Under the pieces are notes generated by a model. That model saw only the letters and a program-made list of their open reading frames with translations. It was not told the DNA's origin and ran no database searches. This document shows positions 27,101-42,100 of a DNA stretch of 64,000 bases, piece by piece (position 1 is the first letter of the stretch; each line of letters opens with the position of its first letter). Source of the stretch: Eledone cirrhosa (Eukaryota); NCBI GenBank assembly GCA_964016885.1, contig CAXHJY010000184.1, positions 310,001 to 374,000 on the forward strand, given 5' to 3'. Made by a program: the position numbers and the translations under genes.

Positions 27101-30100
27101 CTATAGTCTTTCCCAGTCACTACAGGACTATAGTCTTTCCCAGTCACTACAGGACTATAGTTTTTCCCAGTCACTACAGGACTATAGTCTTTCCCAATCA
27201 CTACAGGACTATAATCTTTCCCAATCACTACAGGACTATAGTCTTTCCCAGTCACTACAAGACTATAGTCTTTCCCAGTCACTACAGGACTATAGTCTTT
27301 CCCAATCACTACAGGACTATAGTCTTTCCCAGTCACTACAGGACTATAGTCTTTCCCAGTCACTACAGGACTATAGTCTTTCCCAGTCACTACAGGACTA
27401 TAGTCTTTCCCAGTCACTACAGGACTATAGTCTTTCCCAATCACTACAGGACTACATTCTTTCCCAGTCACTACAGGACTATAGTCTTTCCCAGTCACTA
27501 CAGGACTATAGTCTTTCCCAGTCACTACAGGACTATAGTCTTTCCCAGTCACTACAGGACTATAGTTTTTCCCAGTCACTACAGGACTATAGTCTTTCCC
27601 AATCACTACAGGACTATAGTCTTTCCCAATCACTACAGGACTATAGTCTTTCCCAGTCACTACAAGACTATAGTCTTTCCCAGTCACTACAGGACTATAG
27701 TCTTTCCCAATCACTACAGGACTATAGTCTTTCCCAGTCACTACAGGACTATAGTCTTTCCCAGTCACTACAGGACTATAGTCTTTCCCAGTCACTACAG
27801 GACTATAGTCTTTCCCAGTCACTACAGGACTATAGTCTTTCCCAGTCAATACAGGACTATAGTCTTTCCCAGTCACTACAGGACTATAGTCTTTCCCAGT
27901 CACTACAGGACTATAGTCTTTCCCAGTCACTACAGGACTATAGTCTTTCCCAATCACTACAGGACTACATTCTTTCCCTGTCACTACAGGACTATAGTCT
28001 TTCCCAGTCACTACAGGACTATAGTCTTTCCCAGTCACTACAGGACTATAGTCTTTCCCAGTCACTACAGGACTATAGTTTTTCCCAGTCACTACAGGAC
28101 TATAGTCTTTCCCAATCACTACAGGACTATAGTCTTTCCCAATCACTACAGGACTATAGTCTTTCCCAGTCACTACAAGACTATAGTCTTTCCCAGTCAC
28201 TACAGGACTATAGTCTTTCCCAATCACTACAGGACTATAGTCTTTCCCAGTCACTACAGGACTATAGTCTTTCCCAGTCACTACAGGACTATAGTCTTTC
28301 CCAGTCACTACAGGACTATAGTCTTTCCCAGTCACTACAGGACTACTTTCTTTCCCAGTCACTACAGGACTATAGTCTTTCCCAATCACTACAGGACTAT
28401 AGTCTTTCCCAGTCACTACAGGACTATAGTCTTTCCCAGTCACTACAGGACTATAGTCTTTCCCAATCACTACAGGACTATAGTCTTTCCCAGTCACTAC
28501 AGGACTACATTCTTTCCCAGTCACTACAGGACTATAGTCTTTCCCAATCACCACAGGACTATAGTCTTTCCCAGTCACTACAGGACTATAGTCTTTCCCA
28601 ATCACTACAGGACTATAGTCTTTCCCAGTCACTACAAGACTATAGTCTTTCCTAGTCACTACAAGACTATAGTCTTGCCCAGTCAGTCACTACAGGACTA
28701 TAGTCTTTTCCAGTCACTACAGGACTATAGTCTTTCCCAGTCACTACAGGACTATAGTCTTTCCCAGTCACTACAGGACTATAGTCTTTCCCAGTCACTA
28801 CAGGACTATAGTCTTTCCCAGTCACTACAGGACTATAGTCTTTCCCAATCACTACAGGACTACATTCTTTCCCAGTCACTACAGGACTATAGTCTTTCCC
28901 AGTCACTACAGGACTATAGTCTTTCCCAGTCACTACAGGACTATAGTCTTTCCCAATCACTACAGGACTATAGTCTTTCCCAATCACTACAGGATTATAG
29001 TCTTTCCCAGTCACTACAAGACTATAGTCTTTCCCAGTCACTACAGGACTATAGTCTTTCCCAATCACTACAGGATTATAGTCTTTCCCAGTCACTACAG
29101 GACTATAGTCTTTCCCAGTCACTACAGGACTATAGTCTTTCCCAGTCACTACAGGACTATAGTCTTTCCCAGTCACTACAGGACTACATTCTTTCCCAGT
29201 CACTCCAGGACTATAGTCTTTCCCAATCACTACAGGACTATAGTCTTTCCCAGTCACTACAGGACTACAGTCTTTCCCAGTCACTACAGGACTACATTCT
29301 TTCCCAGTCACTACAGGACTATAGTCTTTCCCAATCACCACAGGACTATAGTCTTTCCCAGTCACTACAGGACTATAGTCTTTCCCAATCACTACAGGAC
29401 TATAGTCTTTCCCAGTCACTACAAGACTATAGTCTTTCCTAGTCACTACAAGACTATAGTCTTGCCCAGTCAGTCACTACAGGACTATAGTCTTTTCCAG
29501 TCACTACAGGACTATAGTCTTTCCCAGTCACTACAGGACTATAGTCTTTCCCAGTCACTACAGGACTATAGTCTTTCCCAGTCACTACAGGACTATAGTC
29601 TTTCCCAGTCACTACAGGACTATAGTCTTTCCCAATCACTACAGGACTACATTCTTTCCCAGTCACTACAGGACTATAGTCTTTCCCAGTCACTACAGGA
29701 CTATAGTCTTTCCCAGTCACTACAGGACTATAGTCTTTCCCAGTCACTACAGGACTATAGTTTTTCCCAGTCACTACAGGACTATAGTCTTTCCCAATCA
29801 CTACAGGACTATAATCTTTCCCAATCACTACAGGACTATAGTCTTTCCCAGTCACTACAAGACTATAGTCTTTCCCAGTCACTACAGGACTATAGTCTTT
29901 CCCAATCACTACAGGACTATAGTCTTTCCCAGTCACTACAGGACTATAGTCTTTCCCAGTCACTACAGGACTATAGTCTTTCCCAGTCACTACAGGACTA
30001 TAGTCTTTCCCAGTCACTACAGGACTATAGTCTTTCCCAATCACTACAAGACTATAGTCTTTCCCAGTCACTACAGGACTATAGTCTTTCCCAATCACTA

Positions 30101-33100
30101 CAGGACTATAGTCTTGCCCAGTCACTACAGGACTATAGTCTTTCCCAGTCACTACAGGACTATAGTCTTTCCCAGTCACTACAGGACTACATTCTTTCCC
30201 AGTCACTACAGGACTATAGTCTTTCCCAATCACTACAGGTCTATAGTCTTTCCCAGTCACTACAGGACTACATTCTTTCCCAGTCACTACAGGACTATAG
30301 TCTTTCCCAGTCACTACAGGACTATAGTCTTTCCCAGTCACTACAGGACTATAGTCTTTCCCAGTCACTACAGGACTACATTCTTTCCCAGTCACTACAG
30401 GACTATAGTCTTTCCCAATCACTACAGGTCTATAGTCTTTCCCAGTCACTACAGGACTACATTCTTTCCCAGTCACTACAGGACTATAGTCTTTCCCAGT
30501 CACTACAGGACTATAGTCTTCCCCAGTCACTACAGGACTATAGTCTTTCCCAGTCACTACAGGACTATAGTCTTTCCCAATCACTACAGGACTATAGTCT
30601 TTCCCAGTCACTACAGGACTATAGTCTTTCCCAATCACTACAGGACTATAGTCTTTCCCAGTCACTACAGGACTATAGTCTTTCCCAATCACTACAGGAC
30701 TATAGTCTTTCCCAGTCACTACAGGACTATAGTCTTTCCCAGTCACTACAAGACTATAGTCTTTCCCAGTCACTACAGGATTATAGTCTTTCCCAATCAC
30801 TACAGGACTATAGTCTTTCCCAGTCACTACAGGACTATAGTCTTTCCCAGTCACTACAGGACTATAGTCTTTCCCAATCACTACAGGACTATAGTCTTTC
30901 CCAGTCACTACAGGACTATAGTCTTTCCCAGTCACTACAGGACTATAGTCTTTCCCAATCACTACAGGACTATAGTCTTTCCCAATCACTACAGGACTAT
31001 AGTCTTTCCCAGTCACTACAGGACTATAGTCTTTCCCAGTCACTACAGGACTATAGTCTTTCCCAGTCACTACAGGACTATAGTCTTTCCCAGTCACTAC
31101 AGGACTATAGTCTTTCCCAGTCACTACAAGACTATAGTCTTTCCCAATCACTACAGGACTATAGTCTTTCCCAATCACTACAGGACTATAGTCTTTCCCA
31201 ATCACTACAGGACTATAGTCTTTTCCAGTCACTACAGGACTATAGTTTTTCCCAGTCACTACAAGACTATAGTCTTTCCCAATCACTACAGGACTATAGT
31301 CTTTCCCAATCACTACAGGACTATAGTCTTTCCCAATCACTACAAGACTATAGTCTTTCCCAGTCACTACAGGACTATAGTCTTTCCAATCACTACAGGA
31401 CTATAGTCTTTCCCAGTCACTACAGGACTACATTCTTTCCCAGTCACTACAGGACTATAGTCTTTCCCAGTCACTACAGGACTATAGTCTTTCCCAATCA
31501 CTACAGGACTATAGTCTTTCCCAGTCACTACAGGACTACATCCTTTCCCAGTCACTACAGGACTATAGTCTTTCCCAATCACTACAAGACTATAGACTTT
31601 CCCAGTCACTACAGGACTATAGTCTTTCCCAGTTACTACAGGACTATAGTCTTTCCCAATCACTAAAGGACTATAGTCTTTCCCAGTCACTACAGGACTA
31701 TAGTCTTTCCCAGTCACTACAAGACTATAGTCTTTCCCAGTCACTACAGGATTATAGTCTTTCCCAATCACTACAGGACTATAGTCTTTCCCAGTCACTA
31801 CAGGACTATAGTCTTTCCCAGTCACTACAGGACTATAGTCTTTCCCAATCACTACAGGACTATAGTCTTTCCCAGTCACTACAGGACTATAGTCTTTCAC
31901 AGTCACTACAGGACTATAGTCTTTCCCAATCACTACAGGACTACATTCTTTCCCAGTCACTACAGGACTATAGTCTTTCCCAGTCACTACAGGACTATAG
32001 TCTTTCCCAATCACTACAGGACTATAGTCTTTCCCAGTCACTACAGGACTACATTCTTTCCCAGTCACTACAGGACTATAGTCTTTCCCAGTCACTACAG
32101 GACTATAGTCTTTCCCAATCACTACAGGACTATAGTCTTTCCCAGTCACTACAGGACTACATTCTTTCCCAGTCACTACAGGACTATAGTCTTTCCCAAT
32201 CACCACAGGACTATAGTCTTTCCCAGTCACTACAGGACTATAGTCTTTCCCAATCACTACAGGACTATAGTCTTTCCCAGTCACTACAAGACTATAGTCT
32301 TTCCCAGTCACTACAAGACTATAGTCTTGCCCAGTCAGTCACTACAGGACTATAGTCTTTTCCAGTCACTGCAGGACTATAGTCTTTCCCAGTCACTACA
32401 GGACTATAGTCTTTCCCAGTCACTACAGGACTATAGTCTTTCCCAGTCACTACAAGACTATAGTCTTTCCCAGTCACTACAGGATTATAGTCTTTCCCAA
32501 TCACTACAGGACTATAGTCTTTCCCAGTCACTACAGGACTATAGTCTTTCCCAGTCACTACAGGACTATAGTCTTTCCCAGTCACTACAGGACTATAGTC
32601 TTTCCCAATTACTAAAGGACTATAGTCTTTCCCAATCACTACAGGACTATAGTCTTTCCCAGTCACTACAGGACTATAGTCTTTCCCAGTCACTACAGGA
32701 CTATAGTCTTTCCCAGTCACTACAGGACTATAGTCTTTCCCAGTCACTACAGGACTATAGTCTTTCCCAGTCACTACAAGACTATAGTCTTTCCCAGTCA
32801 CTACAGGATTATAGTCTTTCCCAATCACTACAGGACTATAGTCTTTCCCAGTCACTACAGGACTATAGTCTTTCCCAGTCACTACAGGACTATAGTCTTT
32901 CCCAATCACTACAGGACTATAGTCTTTCCCAATCACTACAGGACTATAGTCTTTCCCAGTCACTACAGGACTATAGTCTTTCCCAGTCACTACAGCACTA
33001 TAGTCTTTCCCAGTCACTACAGGACTATAGTCTTTCCCAATCACTACAGGACTATAGTCTTTCCCAGTCACTACAGGACTATAGTCTTTCCCAGTCACTA

Positions 33101-36100
33101 CAGGACTATAGTCTTTCCCAGTCACTACAGGACTATAGTCTTTCCCAGTCACTACAAGACTATAGTCTTTCCCAATCACTACAGGACTATAGTCTTTCCC
33201 AATCACTACAGGACTATAGTCTTTCCCAATCACTACAAGACTATAGTCTTTCCCAGTCACTACAGGACTATAGTCTTTCCCAGTTACTACAGGACTACAT
33301 TCTTTCCCAGTCACTACAGGACTATAGTCTTTCCCAATCACTACAGGACTATAGTCTTTCCCAGTCACTACAGGACTACATTCTTTCCCAGTCACTACAG
33401 GACTATAGTCTTTCCCAATCACTACAGGACTATAGTCTTTCCCAGTCACTACAGGACTACATTCTTTCCCAGTCACTACAGGACTATAGTCTTTCCCAGT
33501 CACTACAGGACTATAGTCTTTCCCAGTCACTACAGGACTATAGTCTTTCCCAGTCACTGCAGGACTATAGTCTTTCCCAATCACTACAGGACTATAGTCT
33601 TTCCCAGTCACTACAGGACTACATTCTTTCCCAGTCACTACAGGACTATAGTCTTTCCCAGTCACTACAGGACTATAGTCTTTCCCAGTCACTACAGGAC
33701 TATAGTCTTTCCCAGTCACTACAGGACTATAGTCTTTCCCAGTCACTACAAGACTATAGTCTTTCCCAATCACTACAGGACATAGTCTTTCCCAATCACT
33801 ACAGGACTATAGTCTTTCCCAATCACTACAGGACTATAGTCTTTTCCAGTCACTACAGGACTATAGTTTTTCCCAGTCACTACAAGACTATAGTCTTTCC
33901 CAATCACTACAGGACTATAGTCTTTCCCAATCACTACAGGACTATAGTCTTTCCCAATCACTACAAGACTATAGTCTTTCCCAGTCACTACAGGACTATA
34001 GTCTTTCCAATCACTACAGGACTATAGTCTTTCCCAGTCACTACAGGACTACATTCTTTCCCAGTCACTACAGGACTATAGTCTTTCCCAGTCACTACAG
34101 GACTATAGTCTTTCCCAATCACTACAGGACTATAGTCTTTCCCAGTCACTACAGGACTACATCCTTTCCCAGTCACTACAGGACTATAGTCTTTCCCAAT
34201 CACTACAAGACTATAGACTTTCCCAGTCACTACAGGACTATAGTCTTTCCCAGTTACTACAGGACTATAGTCTTTCCCAATCACTACAGGACTATAGTCT
34301 TTCCCAGTCACTACAGGACTATAGTCTTTCCCAGTCACTACAAGACTATAGTCTTTCCCAGTCACTACAGGATTATAGTCTTTCCCAATCACTACAGGAC
34401 TATAGTCTTTCCCAGTCACTACAGGACTATAGTCTTTCCCAGTCACTACAGGACTATAGTCTTTCCCAATCACTACAGGACTATAGTCTTTCCCAGTCAC
34501 TACAGGACTATAGTCTTTCACAGTCACTACAGGACTATAGTCTTTCCCAATCACTACAGGACTACATTCTTTCCCAGTCACTACAGGACTATAGTCTTTC
34601 CCAGTCACTACAGGACTATAGTCTTTCCCAATCACTACAGGACTATAGTCTTTCCCAGTCACTACAGGACTACATTCTTTCCCAGTCACTACAGGACTAT
34701 AGTCTTTCCCAGTCACTACAGGACTATAGTCTTTCCCAATCACTACAGGACTATAGTCTTTCCCAGTCACTACAGGACTACATTCTTTCCCAGTCACTAC
34801 AGGACTATAGTCTTTCCCAATCACCACAGGACTATAGTCTTTCCCAGTCACTACAGGACTATAGTCTTTCCCAATCACTACAGGACTATAGTCTTTCCCA
34901 GTCACTACAAGACTATAGTCTTTCCCAGTCACTACAAGACTATAGTCTTGCCCAGTCAGTCACTACAGGACTATAGTCTTTTCCAGTCACTGCAGGACTA
35001 TAGTCTTTCCCAGTCACTACAGGACTATAGTCTTTCCCAGTCACTACAGGACTATAGTCTTTCCCAGTCACTACAAGACTATAGTCTTTCCCAGTCACTA
35101 CAGGATAATAGTCTTTCCCAATCACTACAGGACTATAGTCTTTCCCAGTCACTACAGGACTATAGTCTTTCCCAGTCACTACAGGACTATAGTCTTTCCC
35201 AGTCACTACAGGACTATAGTCTTTCCCAATTACTAAAGGACTATAGTCTTTCCCAATCACTACAGGACTATAGTCTTTCCCAGTCACTACAGGACTATAG
35301 TCTTTCCCAGTCACTACAGGACTATAGTCTTTCCCAGTCACTACAGGACTATAGTCTTTCCCAGTCACTACAGGACTATAGTCTTTCCCAGTCACTACAA
35401 GACTATAGTCTTTCCCAGTCACTACAGGATTATAGTCTTTCCCAATCACTACAGGACTATAGTCTTTCCCAGTCACTACAGGACTATAGTCTTTCCCAGT
35501 CACTACAGGACTATAGTCTTTCCCAATCACTACAGGACTATAGTCTTTCCCAATCACTACAGGACTATAGTCTTTCCCAGTCACTACAGGACTATAGTCT
35601 TTCCCAGTCACTACAACACTATAGTCTTTCCCAGTCACTACAGGACTATAGTCTTTCCCAATCACTACAGGACTATAGTCTTTCCCAGTCACTACAGGAC
35701 TATAGTCTTTCCCAGTCACTACAGGACTATAGTCTTTCCCAGTCACTACAGGACTATAGTCTTTCCCAGTCACTACAAGACTATAGTCTTTCCCAATCAC
35801 TACAGGACTATAGTCTTTCCCAATCACTACAGGACTATAGTCTTTCCCAATCACTACAAGACTATAGTCTTTCCCAGTCACTACAGGACTATAGTCTTTC
35901 CCAGTTACTACAGGACTACATTCTTTCCCAGTCACTACAGGACTATAGTCTTTCCCAATCACTACAGGACTATAGTCTTTCCCAGTCACTACAGGACTAC
36001 ATTCTTTCCCAGTCACTACAGGACTATAGTCTTTCCCAATCACTACAGGACTATAGTCTTTCCCAGTCACTACAGGACTACATTCTTTCCCAGTCACTAC

Positions 36101-39100
36101 AGGACTATAGTCTTTCCCAGTCACTACAGGACTATAGTCTTTCCCAGTCACTACAGGACTATAGTCTTTCCCAGTCACTGCAGGACTATAGTCTTTCCCA
36201 ATCACTACAGGACTATAGTCTTTCCCAGTCACTACAGGACTACATTCTTTCCCAGTCACTACAGGACTATAGTCTTTCCCAATCACCACAGGACTATAGT
36301 CTTTCCCAGTCACTACAGGACTATAGTCTTTCCCAATCACCACAGGACTATAGTCTTTCCCAGTCGCTACAGTACTATAGTCTTTCCCAATCACTACAGG
36401 ACTATAGTCTTTCCCAGTCACTACAGGACTATAGACTTTCCCAATCACTACAAGACTATAGTCTTTCCCAGTCACTACAGGACTATAGTCTTTCCCAGTC
36501 ACTACAGGACTATAGTCTTTCCCAGTCACTACAGAACTATAGTCTTTCCCAGTCACTACAGGACTATAGTCTTTCCCAGTCACTACAGGACTATAGTCTT
36601 TCCCAGTCACTACAGGACTATAGTCTTTCCCAGTCACTACAGGACTATAGTATTTCCCAGTCACTACAGGACTATAGTCTTTCCCAGACAGGACTATAGT
36701 CTTTCCCAGTCACTACAGGGCTATAGTCTTTCCCAGTCACTACAGGACTACAGTCTTTCCCAGTCACTACAGGACTATAGTCTTTCCCAGTCACTACAGG
36801 ACTATAGTCTTTCCCAGTCACTACAGGACTATAGTCTTTCCCAATCACTACAGGACTATAGTCTTTCCCAATCACTACAGGACTATAGTCTTTCCCAGTC
36901 ACTGCAGGACTATAGTCTTTCCCAATCACTACAGGACTATAGTCTTTCCCAATCACTACAGGACTATAGTCTTTCCCAGTCACTACAAGACTATAGTCTT
37001 TCCCAATCACTACAGGACTATAGTCTTTCCCAATCACTACAGGACTATAGTCTTTCCCAGTCACTACAGGACTATAGTCTTTCCCAGTCACTACAGGACT
37101 ATAGTCTTTCCCAGTCACTACAGGACTATAGTCTTTCCCAGTCACTACAGGACTACATTCTTTCCCAGTCACTACAGGACTATAGTCTTTCCCAGTCACT
37201 AGAGGACTATAGTCTTTCCCAGTCACTACAGGACTATAGTCTTTCCCAGTCACTACAAGACTATAGTCTTTCCCAGTCACTACAGGACTATAGTCTTTCC
37301 CAATCACTAGAGGACTATAGTCTTTCCCAGTCACTACAGGACTATAGTCTTTCCCAGTCACTACAGGACTATAGTCTTTCCCAGTCACTACAGGACTATA
37401 GTATTTCCCAGTCACTACAGGACTATAGTCTTTCCCAGTCACTACAGGACTATAGTCTTTCCCAGTCACTACAGGACTATAGTCTTTCCCAATCACTACA
37501 GGACTATAGTCTTTCCCAGTCACTACAGGACTATAGTCTTTCCCAGTCACTACAGAACTATAGTCTTTCCCAGTCACTACAGGACTATAGTCTTTCCCAA
37601 TCACTACAGGTCTATAGACTTTCCCAATCACTACAGGACTATAGACTTTCCCAGTCACTACAGGACTATGGTCTTTCCCAGTCACTACAGGACTATAGTC
37701 TTTCCCAGTCACTACAGGACTATAGTCTTTCCCAGTGACTACAGGACTATAGTCTTTCCCAATCACTACAGGACTACATTCTTTCCCAGTCACTACAGGA
37801 CTATAGTCTTTCCCAGTCACTACAGGACTATAGTCTTTCCCAGTCACTACAGGACTATAGTTTTTCCCAGTCACTACAGGACTATAGTCTTTCCCAATCA
37901 CTACAGGACTATAGTCTTTCCCAATCACTACAGGACTATAGTCTTTCCCAATCACTACAGGACTATAGTCTTTCCCAGTCACTACAGGACTATAGTCATT
38001 CCTAGTCACTACAGGACTATAGTCTTTCCCAGTCACTACAGGACTACATTCTTTCCCAGTCACTACAGGACTTTAGTCTTTCCCAATCACTACAGGACTA
38101 TAGTCTTTCCCAGTCACTACAGGACTATAGTCTTTCTCAGTCACTACAGGACTATAGTCTTTCCCAATCACTACAGGACTATAGTCTTTCCCAGTCACTA
38201 CAGGACTATAGTCTTTCCCAGTCACTACAGGACTATAGTCTTTCCCAGTCACTACAGGACTATAGTCTTTCCCAGTCACTACAGCACTATAGTCTTTCCC
38301 AGTCACTACAGGACTATAGTCTTTCCCAGTCACTACAGGACTATAGTCTTTCCCAGTCACTACAGGACTATAGTCTTTCCCAGTCACTACAGGACTATAG
38401 TCCTTCCCAGTCGCTACAGGACTATAGTCTTTCCCAATCACTACAGGACTATAGTCTTTCCCAGTCACTACAGGACTATAGTCTTTCCCAATCACTACAG
38501 GACTATAGTCTTTCCCAGTCACTACAGGACTACATTCTTTCCCAGTCACTACAGGACTATAGTCATTCCCAGTCACTACAGGACTATAGTCTTTCCCAAT
38601 CACTACAGGACTATAGTCTTTCCCAGTCACTACAGGACTACATTCTTTCCCAGTCACTACAGGACTATAGTCCTTCCCAGTCACTACAGGACTATAGTCT
38701 TTCCCAATCACCACAGGACTATAGTCTTTCCCAGTCACTACAGGACTATAGTCTTTCCCAATCACTACAGGACTATAGTCTTTCCCAGTCACTACAAGAC
38801 TATAGTCTTTCCCAGTCACTACAAGACTATAGTCTTGCCCAGTCAGTCACTACAGGACTATAGTCTTTTCCAGTCACTACAGGACTATAGTCTTTCCCAG
38901 TCACTACAGGACTATAGTCTTTCCCAGTCACTACAGGACTATAGTCTTTCCCAGTCACTACAGGACTATAGTTTTTCCCAGTCACTACAGGACTATAGTC
39001 TTTTCCAATCACTACAGGACTACATTCTTTCCCAGTCACTACAGGACTATAGTCTTTCCCAGTCACTACAGGACTATAGTCTTTCCCAGTCACTACAGGA

Positions 39101-42100
39101 CTATAGTCTTTCCCAGTCACTACAGGACTATAGTTTTTCCCAGTCACTACAGGACTATAGTCTTTCCCAATCACTACAGGACTATAGTCTTTCCCAATCA
39201 CTACAGGACTATAGTCTTTCCCAATCAATACAAGACTATAGTCTTTCCCAGTCACTACAGGACTATAGTCTTTCCCAATCACTACAGGACTATAGTCTTT
39301 CCCAATCACTACAGGACTATAGTCTTTCCCAGTCACTACAGGACTATAGTCTTTCCCAGTCACTACAGGACTATAGTCTTTCCCAGTCACTACAGGACTA
39401 TAGTCTTTCCCAGTCACTACAAGACTATAGTCTTTCCCAATCACTACAGGACTATAGTCTTTCCCAATCACTACAGGACTATAGTCTTTCCCAGTCACTA
39501 CAGGACTATAGTCTTTCCCAGTCACTACAGGACTATAGTCTTTCCCAGTCACTACAGGACTATAGTCTTTCCCAATCACTACAGGACTATAGTCTTTCCC
39601 AGTCACTACAGGACTATAGTCTTTCCCAGTCACTACAAGACTATAGTCTTTCCCAGTCACTACAGGATTATAGTCTTTCCCAATCACTACAGGACTATAG
39701 TCTTTCCCAGTCACTACAGGACTATAGTCTTTCCCAATCACTACAGGACTATAGTCTTTCCCAGTCACTACAGGACTATAGTCTTTCCCAGTCACTACAG
39801 GACTATAGTCTTTCCCAGTCACTACAGGACTATAGTCTTTCCCAGTCACTACAGGACTATAGTCTTTCCCAGTCACTACAGGACTATAGTCTTTCCCAAT
39901 CACTACAGGACTATAGTCTTTCCCAGTCACTACAGGACTATAGTCTTTCCCAGTCACTACAAGACTATAGTCTTTCCCAGTCACTACAGGACTATAGTCT
40001 TTCCCAATCACTACAGGACTATAGTCTTTCCCAGTCACTACAGGACTATAGTCTTTCCCAGTCACTACAGGACTATAGTCTTTCCCAGTCACTACAGGAC
40101 TATAGTCTTTCCCAGTCACTACAGGACTATAGTCTTTCCCAGTCACTACAAGACTATAGTCTTTCCCAATCACTACAGGACTATAGTCTTTCCCAATCAC
40201 TACAGGACTATAGTCTTTCCCAATCACTACAGGACTATAGTCTTTCCCAGTCACTACAGGACTATAGTCTTTCCCAGTCACTACAGGACTATAGTCTTTC
40301 CCAGTCACTACAAGACTATAGTCTTTCCCAATCACTACAGGACTATAGTCTTTCCCAGTCACTACAGGACTATAGTCTTTCCCAATCACTACAGGACTAT
40401 AGTCTTTCCCAGTCACTACAAGACTATAGTCTTTCCCAATCACTACAGGACTATAGTCTTTCCCAATCACTACAGGACTATAGTCTTTCGCAGTCACTAC
40501 AGGACTATAGTCTTTCCCAGTCACTATAGGACTATAGTATTTCCCAGTCACTACAGGACTATAGTCTTTCCCAGTCACTACAGGACTATAGTCTTTCCCA
40601 GTCACTACAGGGCTATAGTCTTTCCCAGTCACTACATGACTACAGACTTTCCCAGTCACTACAGGACTATAGTCTTTCCCAGTCACTACAGGACTATAGT
40701 CTTTCCCAGTCACTACAGGACTATAGTCTTTCCCAATCACTACAGGACTATAGTCTTTCCCAGTCACTACAGGACTATAGTCTTTCCCAGTCACTACAAG
40801 ACTATAGTCTTTCCCAGTCACTACAGGATTATAGTCTTTCCCAATCACTACAGGATTATAGTCTTTCCCAGTCACTACAGGACTATAGTCTTTCCCAGTC
40901 ACTACAGGACTATAGTCTTTCCCAATCACTACAGGACTATAGTCTTTCCCAGTCACTACAGGACTATAGTCTTTCCCAGTCACTACAGGACTATAGTCTT
41001 TCCCAGTCACTACAGGACTATAGTCTTTCCCAGTCACTACAGGACTATAGTCTTTCCCAATCACTACAGGACTATAGACTTTCCCAGTCACTACAGGACT
41101 ATAGTCTTTCCCAGTCACTACAAGACTATAGTCTTTCCCAGTCACTACAGGACTATAGTCTTTCCCAATCACTACAGGACTATAGTCTTTCCCAGTCACT
41201 ACAGGACTATAGTCTTTCCCAGTCACTACAGGACTATAGTCTTTCCCAGTCACTACAGGACTATAGTCTTTCCCAGTCACTACAGGACTATAGTCTTTCC
41301 CAGTCACTACAGGACTATAGTCTTTCCCAGTCACTACAAGACTATAGTCTTTCCCAATCACTACAGGACTATAGACTTTCCCAATCACTACAGGACTATA
41401 GTCTTTCCCAATCACTACAAGACTATAGTCTTTCCCAGTCACTACAGGACTATAGTCTTTCCCAGTTACTACAGGACTATAGTCTTTCCCAGTCAATACA
41501 GGACTATAGTCTTTCCCAGTCACTACAGGACTATAGTCTTTCCCAGTCACTACAGGACTATAGTCTTTCCCAGTCACTACAGGACTATAGTCTTTCCCAG
41601 TCACTACAGGGCTATAGTCTTTCACAGTCACTACAGGACTATAGTCTTTCCCAATCACTACAGGACTACATTCTTTCCCAGTCACTACAGGACTATAGTC
41701 TTTCCCAGTCACTACAGGACTATAGTCTTTCCCAGTCAGTACAGGACTATAGTCTTTCTCAGTCACTACAGGACTATAGTCTTTCCCAATCACTACAGGA
41801 CTATAGTCTTTCCCAGTCACTACAGGACTACATTCTTTCCCAGTCACTACAGGACTATAGTCTTTCCCAATCACTACAGGACTATAGTCTTTCCCAGTCA
41901 CTACAGGACTACATTCTTTCCCAGTCACTACAGGAGTATAGTCTTTCCCAGTCACTACAGGACTATAGTCTTTCCCAGTCACTACAGGACTATAGTCTTT
42001 CCCAGTCACTACAGGACTATAGTCTATCCCAATCACTACAGGACTATAGTCTTTCCCAGTCACTACAGGACTACATTCTTTCCCAGTCACTACAGGACTA

